Origin: Monocercomonoides exilis PA203
Lineage: Eukaryota > Protista > Preaxostyla
Direction: 5' to 3'
DNA: 64,000 nt
NCBI GenBank assembly: GCA_001643675.2
Contig: LSRY02000009.1
Coordinates: 186,001 to 250,000 of the forward strand
Below, in pieces: positions 1 through 11,016 of this stretch. Position 1 is the first letter of the stretch, and each line of letters begins with the position of its first letter. The translations under genes were made by a program, and so were the position numbers. The notes under the pieces were generated by a model that was not told the origin of the DNA, did no database searches, and was given only the letters and a program-made list of their open reading frames with translations.

Positions 1-330
1 TCAGTTAAAATTCTTGAAAAGATCCTTTTCATTTCAATGCTTGACACAAATAAACGATAAATAAGATTTTGAATATTTTTTTCATTAAAATAAAATTTGA
101 CACTAACACTTGTTTATTAAATAAATCGTGTTTTAAGCAAAAACAGTGAGATGAGAAAAAAAGGTCAAAAATTAAATTGAAAATGTTTAAAACAAGATAA
201 AATTATAATATAGGAATGTGAAATGCTGATGCTGTGGCTTTAAAACGTTCGGTACGAAATATTCGCTTCACATTCAGCAAATCTTTGATCTGGGTCCTAG
301 AATAATAAATATTTAAAAAAAATTTTTTGA
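1..330. repeat. Dispersed AT-rich repeat; diverged inverted copy at ~45500-45825
   Basis: ATCTTTGATCTGGGT (~281-295) is the near-exact reverse complement of ACCCAGATCAAAGAC (~45527). AATCGTGTTTTAAGCAAAAACAGTGAGATGAGAAAAA (~124-160) matches the reverse complement of TTTTTCTCATTTCATTGTTTTTGCATAAAACACGATT (~45661-45697). The blocks are collinear. Ends are approximate and the left end is cut by the window. Confidence 0.7.
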
Positions 331-1312
331 ACATAAAAATTTCAAAATTTTTTTTAACAGAATTCTGAAAAACAAAAATATCAAGAAGTCTATTTATTTT
401 GTTTTTGTTTTTAGCCTTTTCACAAATCAAAAACGCAAAAATAAGTTTCAAAAAAAAGGTTAAGATAAAATTTTGAGGTCAATATAAAATAGGGTCAACT
501 TTTTGATGGGACTTTTTCCTTTATTGGCACTTTTTTTATTTTCGATCACAAAAAGCTGAGAAGTGTGAAATGGCTTTCAGCATTTGGATAACCGATTTTA
601 ACAAAGTTGATTCAATTTCTTACCGGTTTGTTTTTTAATTTTTGTTTATTATTTAACGAGATATTACGTTTTTTTGATAAATTTGAATTGGCTTTTCCCA
701 CCCAACCAAGCATTTCCAGAAAATGAAAAATACTGTTTTCAAAAGCACTAACTTTTATCTATCTGTTTTTAAATTCCTTTTTTTTGACAAACATTTTTTT
801 CGTGTTATTCTTGCATTTCATTTTTTAAACAACATGCTAACATAAAACTGATTGTTTCTTTGTAAATAAAATGAAATGATATAAATAAAAATATGATATG
901 AAAATCATATACCCTAATAATGAACAGTTGAAAACAAAAACATTGTTTTTTTCTGTCTGTCGTTAACGGATAAATGGGACTAACAAAAAATGATCAATGA
1001 TCAAGTTTTTGAAACAAAGGAAAGTTCTTGATAAATAGAAAAAAACAATGTTTTTGTTTTCAACTGTTCATTATTAGGGTATATGATTTTCATATCATAT
1101 TTTTATTTATATCATTTCATTTTATTTACAAAGAAACAATCAGTTTTATGTTAGCATGTTGTTTAAAAAATGAAATGCAAGAATAACACGAAAAAAATGT
1201 TTGTCAAAAAAAAGGAATTTAAAAACAGATAGATAAAAGTTAGTGCTTTTGAAAACAGTATTTTTCATTTTCTGGAAATGCTTGGTTGGGTGGGAAAAGC
1301 CAATTCAAATTT

Positions 1313-4300
1313 TAGACCTATGCGACACGACTTGCCATTTTTTGTTGCTGTCGGTCACTTCAAAAAAAAAAAAAATTAGAAAAAAAAAATTAAAATTAAA
1401 ATAAAAAATTAATAACCATTTCATTTTGATTTTGCAATAAAAATTATATATTAAAATTTGTTTTCAAATGAAAATAAAATAATTGATCAAACAAACCATT
1501 CCATTATTTTCGGACAAATAAAATAAATATTACTTTCGTTTATTTTGTAAATAATGCAAATTCACAAAACAATAGAAAGAACTTACATATTATCATGCTT
1601 GTTATGAGTTTTTATTAGTTCCAATTTCTACTTATCGATGTGAGAGCGTTCAAAAAGATTGTTTTTACGGAATTTTTTTCTGGATGCAAAAGTTTTTGAA
1701 AATACGTCAGACGGGAAGCACTTATAAGTTCAATTCAATAATGTAATTATTGCATTCCAATTCAAGATGTTTGATTCTCTTTCTTTCTTTCTTTTTTGAA
1801 GAATTATTCAATCAGCTGGAAGATTGCGAGGAGGAAGTGCAGAAAGTCAAAAAAGATAAACCAAATATGACAGTGAAAGATTTGAATAACGTTGAATTTT
1901 AAATTGTCTTCATGAAGAAACTGTCAAACAAAATGGACAAAATGATGAAAGAAAAGAAAATTCCTTTGAATGGTTAGCTTTTAAAAGAGACATATTGGAT
2001 ATTGCAAAAAGATGAAGAACGCCCAGAGAAGGAGCTTTTTTCATTAGAAGAAATCAAGATTTGCCGAAATGATAATTGATGAAAATGAGAATTAAAGCGA
2101 TGAAAAGAACTGAATTAATTTGAACGTTTTTCGCAAATGCTCTTTTTGTTCTGCAACATGTTATTATGGGATACTGCACCGAATTTAAAACATTGTCTCA
2201 TGACAGCTGTTATTGCAAAGAGAGAAGTGAAGAAATACAAAGAGAAATAAAAATGATTTTATTTGTTTCAAACTGTTGTCAGTTGTTTGAAGGTTCGTAT
2301 TCTTTTTGTAATTATTTTTATTTCAATCTCATTTTTATTTGCACTTGAAACAAAAATTGTATTTGAATAAAATGATAGAAATTAAAAAAATGATAATCAA
2401 TCATACCATAATCAGGCACAAATTGCCTATCATTTTGTTTGGGATTATTTTGTCAGCAGATTTTGAAATGATGAAAATTTGGAAACTGTAATATCGAATG
2501 AGCTGCATTTTTACGAAGTAGGCAATAAAGGAGTTGTATGAGCTGATGAGATACGTGGATTGAAATAAAGAGAAAGAAGAGGAAGGAGGAAAAGAAACGA
2601 AAGAAGAATTTGCTTTAATAAGATATCTTCTGATATTGAACACTTTTATACAAGAATGAAATTGTGGAAATAAGAATCTGTCATGCTTGCATTCAGAATT
2701 ATTTTGGAATTTCGAAATGCAAAGGAAAATCACAGAGATATTGGTGATCAATGTTTATATTCATTGAGTGGAACCATGATCACAGAGAAGTGAAAGAATA
2801 TGACCTTCTAAAGGAGGAGCAATTGATTGCGCTTTGGAGGAACTTTTGCAATTAACAATGAATAACACATAGAAATTTCAATAATGACAATTTTTTGATT
2901 CGATTTCATTGAAATTGAAAAATGAGGAGGAAGAAAAATGGGAAAAGTGAAAAGAAGAGAGATGAAATGAAAAATTCTCAGAATAATGAAAAAAGAAGGA
3001 TATTCAATATTATCACAAAAAAATTTGTAATATTGTTTTATTAAGCAAAAAATATGAATTTGATTGATTATTGAACATTTCCAATTTTTTATGATCATCA
3101 ATGGAAGTGTTTGTTTTTTTGTGATTCAATTAGTACATGTCAATGTGTCAAGTCGATGAATAGAAAAGAAGCGTGTTTGACTTTTCCAATGTTTTTTTGC
3201 AACAATATCTGAAAATGAAGTGAAGATCTAACAGCAAAACTTTGAAAAAATGAAATGCAAACTTTAATAACTTTTTCTATTTCTTTTTCTGAAAACTTTT
3301 TCAAATTCCCTGTGCTGTAATAATCTCAAAATTTTCCATTATGAATTCTTCGTTTTTGATTTCGTATTTTCCATTGGAATTTTTTCTTCTCCGATAATAA
3401 TTTCAATCCATTTCACTGACTTTCTTCTGCTTTATTCAGTTGTTTAACTCACTTTCTGCCTTTTCCTTAATTGTCATATTTTCTTTGTATTTTCAACAAA
3501 TATACGGATTGAGCGTTATCAAGAAAGAAAAACGCGCCTTCAATAATAAACCAGAGAGAGGAGAAAAAGTCTAAGCGCTCTTGAATTAACAATCTCTGCA
3601 GATGAATTTAAAATAGATGAATAGCTGCTTCGAATAAATATCAATTTGCCTTCGGCCACATAAAATTATTGAAACTTATTCGAAGAAAACATAGCAGATG
3701 TGATATTCTGGAGAAAACGTGTGGTCATTTTTGCGTTTATATCTCACAAATCAAGGAAATAAATTCATGGTTTCAACAATGAATTGGAAAATTCAAACCG
3801 TTCTTGGATATAATTCATTTTGTTTTTGATAGAGTATATTTGCTTGCTATACCTCCAATCATATATTCATTTTATCTCTATTTTGTGAAGATGGCACATG
3901 TGATTGCTTTAATGCAATCCACTTTCATCTGAAATTTTGTTAAGATTCTGATTGAGCATTCAAAAACTACAAAGGACGTTTAAAAAAGAATTCAAATTTT
4001 GTTTTTTCCAAAAGAAAAAATTTACAACACATAAAGTCAAAAGCAATACAAAGAATATATAACAATTCATGAAAAAAATTGTTAAAAAAAGAACATGCCT
4101 TCACAACTTCACATTAAAAACAAAACAGGTCTTCTATTTGCTTCATTGGCTTCATTTTTTATTTGTATTGCTTCTTTCGTTCAAATAGAAGGATTAATTA
4201 AATCCAATCTAAACATGATGGTTGTGCAATATTAAAAAACTAAATCAGATAAATTTTCGAACAGAAACAGGCCATTTTGCTGATCTGTCTCTTTTTCTTA

Positions 4301-4617
4301 TTCATTCATTTTGCTGACTTGAAGTGACTTCCAGTGGCTTTTTTAATTCCTTTATTCACTGATCTTGTCACAAAACCATTTTACACTTATTGCACAATTT
4401 TTTTTTTCATTTTTTTAATATCTTTTGTGAAAAAAATTTTTATTCTTTTCAGGAAAATTATTATTATACGAAATAGAAAACAGAGTTCTTAATTTTTAAT
4501 GAAAAATTCGGAAATATGATTTTTCATTAAAAATAAAAGTTTTGATCAAGAAAATATTTTCCTGTCGGTCACCTGTGTCAGTTACTGACAAAATTTGCCA
4601 CTTGTCGCACAGGTCTA
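1313..4617. mobile_element. hAT-type DNA transposon (non-autonomous or decayed), 3305 bp
   Basis: TIRs TAGACCTATGCGACA (1313-1327) and TGTCGCACAGGTCTA (4603-4617) match 14/15. The 8-bp TSD TCAAATTT lies at 1305-1312 and 4618-4625, and the foldback's other arm has only one copy of it. Subterminal direct motif CTGTCGGTCAC at 1348-1358 and 4562-4572. An 8-bp TSD with a TAG start is typical of hAT. Confidence 0.85.
1790..3095 (+). pseudogene. Decayed member of a lineage-specific, E/K-rich helical hypothetical-protein family, inside the hAT element
   Basis: Frameshifted, stop-ridden fragments: ELFNQLEDCEEEVQK (~1801), RYVD*NKEKEEEGGKETKEEFALIRYL (~2548-2630), HRDIGDQCLYSL (~2731), GGAIDCALEE (~2813), EEG(Y)-like end (~2995). 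From recall these resemble a highly expanded Monocercomonoides family; not verified by search. Confidence 0.6.
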
Positions 4618-4874
4618 TCAAATTTATCAAAAAAACGTAATATCTCGTTAAATAATAAACAAAAATTAAAAAACAAACCGGTAAGAAATTGAATCAACTT
4701 TGTTAAAATCGGTTATCCAAATGCTGAAAGCCATTTCACACTTCTCAGCTTTTTGTGATCGAAAATAAAAAAAGTGCCAATAAAGGAAAAAGTCCCATCA
4801 AAAAGTTGACCCTTTGCACCCTATTAATCGCCTCCCATAAATTATAAACAAAATACTAATTTGTCTTTCAATCC

Positions 4875-4876
<2 letters not shown>

Positions 4877-4931
<55 letters not shown>
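4877..4931. repeat. Poly-T homopolymer (~55 nt)
   Basis: Directly visible T run. Confidence 0.9.
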
Positions 4932-4934
<3 letters not shown>

Positions 4935-5240
4935 GCAAACGATTTCGAGGAAAAATCCTCTGAGAAGATAAAAATTTCCAAAAAAATGAATAAAATGAAG
5001 ATCATTTCACGGGAGAAAAAAATCTCTTTGAAGCAAGACATTATTAATTAAATCTGATTCGATTTCTTTCTTTCTTTTTTTAATAGAATGCTTGTCATCT
5101 CATCAGAAAATGATCACAAATGTACAAAAGGTTGTGTTCCTTTTTTGTTGCATTTATTAACTGCTTTCAAAATTTTGTTCATGATCACATGATTACCCTT
5201 ACTTCCATTGGTAAGTGAGTTCTGATAAATATTTATTTCA

Positions 5241-6872
5241 ATGAACTCAATATTATTGTTAGTAATTGCATCATTTTTCGGAATTTGTGAGGCAAAGCCG
5301 CCAAAATTGATTCATGTTAAAGAAAAATATCATGATGCGGTCCTTGGATTATATCCTCTTGTGATCCTTTATCACAGTCATAACAGTACAGATAGCCCAG
5401 CAATGTATGAAGCCTTTACTCAAGCCATACAAGAATTTGGTCCTTTTGGAGTGACTGTTGCAGAAGTTAACTGCTCAAATATGTATAAAATGTGTAAAAG
5501 AACGGTGGGGAAAAAACTTCCAGTTCTTAAGATGCATTAGTTTGCGCGGTTAAAATATTTTTGAAAATTCTAATGTCTTTTTATTTTCATTGAAAAACAA
5601 ACAATTTTTTAATTGCTTTTGAATAGTCGCAGAGGAAGTAATAAATATGAAGGCGAAGCAGATAAGGATGAGATTTATGAATGGGTTGAAAAATCAATGA
5701 AAAAAGGTCTTCGCATTTTCAAAACAAAAGAAGAAGTGGAAGAGCTGTATCCTGATTTTGATCACATGTTTATTGGATATTTCGAGGATAGAAAGGGAAT
5801 TGAATTCCAGACTTATGAATCTGTCGCAAGCTCTCCGAAAGATGGGACATTATTCACTGCTGTAATTAACAAGAATGTGCCAAAAACAAAAGTTGAATAC
5901 GTCCACATTGAAATGAACTTTATCGAAAAATATCGTGGAAAGTGGGATTGGGTGCATATGACGAGGTGGAAGTCCGATGTGGAAGCACCGTTTGTTGAAG
6001 AAATTACAAGCGACAACGCGAAGACATACATGGAATCGCGGAAGCCAGTTGGCTTCTACTTCATCGACGGCAAAGAAGACGACATGGAGTTTGTGAAAGG
6101 AGAGGCGACGAAAGCAGCGAAGAACTTTGACCGCGAGGTGCTGTTTGTGATTGTTGACCACAACAAGCACTGGAGGCTGACGAAGACGCTGGGCCTGCCT
6201 GCCACACACTTCCCTGCCTTCACTCTGGTCGCGCCGTTCCCGTCGCTCGACCCGAACGCTAAGGCGCACTACCCGCTGCTCCCGGACAACCCGCTGCTGA
6301 AGCCGACGATCTCGCCGGCGGCTGTCACCGAGCACATCCGCTCTTTTCTGAACGGCACGCTCCCTCTCAAGCTGCGCTCGGAGCCAGTTCCGGCTGAGCA
6401 GACGGGGAAGGTCGTGAAGGTGGTCGGGGACACGTTCAACGAGACGATCCTGGCGCTCGACAAGTACGTCTTTGTGAAGTTCACTGCGCCGTGGTGCCAC
6501 AAGTGCAAGAAGCTGGCGCCGCAGTTTGAGGAGATTGCAGAGGAGCTCAAAGACGACAAGCGTGTCGTGCTGGCAGACTTCGACATCACAGAGAACGACC
6601 CGTGGCCAGAGTATGTGATCGACGGGTTTCCGACGCTGCTGCTGTTTCCGGCAAACAAGAAGAACACGCCCATTAAATGCGAAGAGTTCTATTCGATTCA
6701 GAAAGTGAGGAGATTTCTGAGGGAAAACATTCCAGACCTGAAAATCGCGGTGGACGAGAACTCGATCAAGGAAGAGGACGAGAGAGAGGCGAGGAGAGCG
6801 AAGATGGAGAAGAAGATGGGCATCGACAGGTCTCGCGAGAAGAAGAAGTATCTGTTTGAAGATGAGTTGTAG
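5241..6872 (+). CDS. PDI: Protein disulfide isomerase family protein (a-b-b'-a'), ER-resident; exons 5241-5539 and 5627-6872
   Basis: Signal peptide MNSILLLVIASFFGICEA. GT..AG intron 5540-5626 joins KMH-Y-RRG in frame. PDI linker LRSEPVP..VVKVVGDTF, thioredoxin motif KFTAPWCHKCKKLAP, IDGFPTLLLFP, and C-terminal EDEL retention signal. Confidence 0.9.
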
Positions 6873-7819
6873 GAGGAATATATTCATATTTCAAAGAGAG
6901 AGAAAGAGATTGAGAGAAAAGTAATCTAACGGAAAGAGAATGCAGTCATTCGACAAAGACACCCACAGGCGGAATTGAACGTGTTGTTTGAAAGGGAGTT
7001 CTTTCTTTTAACTTTGGATTTATATGCATTCTCTCTAAATACACTTCAAATATGCAATCATTCTATTTTTTTATAATTAATATTCTTGCGTGATGCTTTA
7101 ATTCAACTGAAACGAACTTTAAGAGGTTTATTTTTGTTTATAATTAAAAAAAAATATAATTTATTAAAACGAAGGCATAATGATACTATATGGTATTCAC
7201 TGAAATAGTAAAAAATTTATATGGCATGATTTCATTAATTATATAATTGTTTTTTATGTCAATGATTTTGTGCGGACACGTTTTCTCATGAAATCAAAAT
7301 AATTAGAAAAATCTAATTTTTTCAAATTATTAATGGGATAAGATCAAAAAATAATAATTATTGTCAAAAATCATTAAACCGAGATCCGGTTGTGCAAAAG
7401 ATAAAAAAACGTTTTTAATGATTGAGATGTTTATTTAGGAAATGGAAATGGCGAAAATTGTTTCGGAATACATCCTTTTTATGAAATTGGAATTATGAAA
7501 AATAAAAAAATATTATTTATAATTTTTGTCAATAACACATTTCCGCAAACTTTTATCATACAGCACATGCTTAAAACAACATATATAATCAGATTATAGT
7601 GTTATTAGCGAAATTTGCAAAATGCTATATTGTACTATTATGCCAAAACGAATTATGCCAAAGGCTGAAGATGTGTGCTTGATGCAAACTATTGGTGAAA
7701 TAAGGAATGGAATGATTAAAGAATATTATGGGCTTCATTAAAATAAACTCAGAATTTCTCTGCAATTAAAGGATACTTTCTTTGTTGCGATTCAAAGTGG
7801 ATAGAGTTTTGCATTTAAA

Positions 7820-10800
7820 ATGTCACAATTAATTAAAACAGAAGATCCACCGCTTCTTACACTTCTGAAGTCATTCACAACTGAAAATCACGCGTTAAGT
7901 CTTTTTCAGTCATTATCAGAGCCACCATTATGCATGAGTTTTTTTGCAAACACGAATTCAATTTCGATGTCCGATTTACTAGATGCTACGCATAAAGAAT
8001 ATCAAAATGTTTAAAGTTTATAATTTTCTTGCTTGCATGAATGGAATAATATTCATTGTCTCTAAAGCTTTCGCATTCAGGCACTCTCTCATTTCATAGA
8101 CATCCATTTCTTAAAAACATTATTATAGCAGACGTTCCTATACCTGTTGAACTTCCACATGTTGTGAATCATGCTGTCTTTGTTGATGAAAGGTGTGCCG
8201 AGGCTGTTCTGCGGGGAGCTGACGTATTTGCCCCAGGAATTTTGGCAACCTCGAAGAGTGGTATTGATTTTGCTTATTTGCTGCATTTTCACATATTTTT
8301 ATCACATTTTTTCTCCATGGATATTTTTAAGGGTCGAAAGGTGAATTTGTTTCAGTGTTTTACAGCAGCAAGCCAATAACACAAGCTTCATTTATTGAAG
8401 TTCCGTCGCAGATTTCAAGTTCTGCTTTAGATGGAAATCCGAGGTTCTTGGGAAATGGCAAGTTAAACATGGTTTCAACGGCTTTTCTGAATTTCTATCC
8501 TGCCCATTCATTTCCTTCCTTGGAATGTTCGCTAAAATATAATGTGTTTCTCTTTCATAGGTGAGATCAGAAATTTTCGAGTCAATAATGTCCAGCAAAA
8601 AGAAGAAAAAGAACGATAAAGCGAATGAAGCTGCTGCTTCAATGAATGAAAAAATGTTAAGTTCAAATGAAAAAGAAGTTCCTTCAGAAGAAAGATGTGC
8701 AGCGATTACGATGACGCAGCCTCTCTACTCATTTTTTCCTGTCAACACTTTTCTTCCTCAGTTGCTTTTCCCCACAAATATCCCTTCTGCATATGCTGTT
8801 AGAGTATTGGACCCCAGGTTTGATTGATATTGATTCTGAGATGAGTTAAAAATCAAACAACAAAAAGATATAATAGAAAGTTTAACATCGATTATTATAG
8901 AGTCAAAGTTTAATATTGATTCAAATGATAATCTTTTTTTTTTATCAAATTGTTTTTGTTCTCTTTTTGCAAAAGTATTATTTGAACTTTTGCTTATTTT
9001 CAATTTCTTTGACAACTTATAATCTTTAAACGGTTCGAGTCAAATGTTTACCTTCTTTTCTTTTCTTTTCCTTTCTTCCCTCTCTCTCTTTTCTCTTTAT
9101 TTCCTCTTCAAACATATTCAGGCCAGGTGAGCGTGTGATTGATCTCTGCTCAGCACCTGGTGGCAAGTCTCTGCAGATCTTTCACCAGATGAGGAAAAAA
9201 GGCGTGTTTGTCTGCCTCGACAGATCGAAGAAAAGATTGGAAGACTTGAAAAATCTGTTTATGAGACACAAGTTCAATTGTCGCAATGTTTATTCAGCTG
9301 CTGCGGATGCTGAGAACTTGCTGTTCAGAATTGTGGAGGAAGATGGGGAAGGCAAAAATGACCATACAAAAAGACAAATGTTAAGCAATAAATCTTCTTC
9401 TTCAACTAAATGCTCATCAGAAGATTTGCCTTCATCATCATCTTCTTCTTCTTCAAAGTCTTCACAAACATCTCACAAAACTTCATTCAATTGGTTCTTT
9501 TCATTGCCATTTTCAAAGTCACAGCTGGAAGGGCCTTCGATTCCATCTCTGTTTCCATCATCCGCAACATCAGCAGATTTTGACAGTAACATTTCACTTT
9601 CGTCTTCTACTCCTTCTTCTCCATCATCGTCATCATCTCCTTCTTCTGATTCTCCTTCTTCCTCTTTCTCTTCCTCTTCCACTTCCATTTCACTCTCTCC
9701 TTCAACCACTCAATCACAAAGTATCCCATCGTTGCCTTATCCTCCATCCATCACTCTTCTCCCTGAATCTTTCGACAGAGTACTCGCTGATGTTCCTTGC
9801 TCTGCTTTGGGTATGAAAAAAAAAAAAGAAATGCTTTTATTAACCTCCTTTTGCTTCAAAACAATTGAGCTTTTATTCAACAACAATAAGTTTTTATTTA
9901 TCCTTTTGCTTTGATGCTTTTTTTTTTGAATCGTTGAAAAACTCAATCATTATTCAATATATTTTTCTTGCTTATTATTAATTCTTTTTTCTCTCACATT
10001 TTCAGGTCAACGACCGCGTGTCTCCTTTTCTCTCCCGCATTCAGTCTTTTCTGTCTCTTCTGTTCAGACAGGCATCCTCCGAACAGCATTGGCATTGTGT
10101 GATGTTGGTGGCTGTGTTGTCTACTCAACTTGCACACTGAATCCGTGGGAGAATGAGTATGTTGTGGCAAAGGTGCTCAGAGAAGTGAATGGAGAAGAGA
10201 GTGAAGAAGAAGAAGAAGAAGAAGGAGGAGGAGAAGGAAAAGAAGGAGAAGGAGAGAAGAAAAATGACTCAAAAAATGAAGGCGTAACTGGGGTTGCACT
10301 TTTGGAGCAATCAAAGAAGAGAAAAAAGAGAGTTGTTGCAGTTCTGGAAGATGCATCTTTTGAAGTTAAGGTTAAACACAGAAATGACAAGAAAAGACCA
10401 AAGGCTGCTGAGAGAGAGGAGGAAGAATGCGAAGAGGAGGAAGAGGAAGAGGAAGAAGTTGATGATGATGGTACAATGGATGAAAATAAAAACGAAACAC
10501 AGGAGCAATTAACCGAAAAACAAACAAATCAGGATTCCCCATATGGACAACGTACTGATGAATCTGGTGAGTCTGAATTGAATCAAAGAATTCGAGATGA
10601 AAAATCCAAACGCTTTATAAGAAGGTCTCTTGGAACTTATGGATTGCCGCAACCTCCTTCAGGCATTCCACAATCTCTTCTTCCAAAATCTGTTCTAAAA
10701 AAGCAAAGTTCTCAACTATCCAAACATAATTCCACTTGCTGGCTTACTGAAAATGAGCTAAAACTTGTTAGAAGGTTTGATCCATCAATTGAAAAGGATT

Positions 10801-10856
10801 GCGTTGGATTTTTTGTTGCTAAAATAAGAAAAGTCAGCTCTCTTTTTTCTTCTTAA
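7820..10856 (+). CDS. NSUN6: NSUN6-like PUA-domain RNA (cytosine-5)-methyltransferase (NOL1/NOP2/Sun family); introns 8009-8067, 8261-8331, 8472-8560, 8818-9121, 9811-10005
   Basis: PUA motif VDERCAEAVLRGADVFAPGI; FLGNG; SAM-binding PGERVIDLCSAPGGKS; motif IV FDRVLADVPCSALG-QRP; motif VI VVYSTCTLNPWENEYVV; terminal GFFVAKIRK. All five proposed GT-AG introns restore the frame. Confidence 0.88.
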
Positions 10857-11016
10857 AATGGACTTCATTTTGTACCAATTTGTCACTTCAAAAAACATTG
10901 TCTTTCATTTCACCATCATACATAAAGATCAAATTATATAACCATTATTAAAATGAAACATGTCAAATAATGCTCTTTTTCTAATCTTAGAATCTTTCCT
11001 AGTTTAAAATAGAAAG

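Larger units (their letters stand above)
491..4813. mobile_element. Foldback/MITE-like element (464-bp arms, 82-bp spacer); right arm split by a nested insertion
   Basis: The left arm 491-954 is the reverse complement of 1037-1312 joined to 4626-4813 (276+188=464 bp). It is identical by eye. The spacer is 955-1036. No convincing TSD at the outer ends. Confidence 0.9.

Noticed and set aside
470-4830. TSD and superfamily for the outer foldback element
   Set aside because: The flanks (AATATAAAAT / TTGCACCCTA) show no direct duplication, so no superfamily was assigned.
5850-6887. 345-aa antisense ORF opposite PDI and other antisense ORFs over long CDSs
   Set aside because: Shadow ORFs caused by GC-rich or biased codon usage; no motifs.
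8009-8079. Apparent in-frame TAA in NSUN6 suggesting the TAA/TAG=Gln code used by some oxymonads
   Set aside because: A phase-0 intron 8009-8067 removes it, and genes here clearly terminate at TAG (after EDEL) and TAA.
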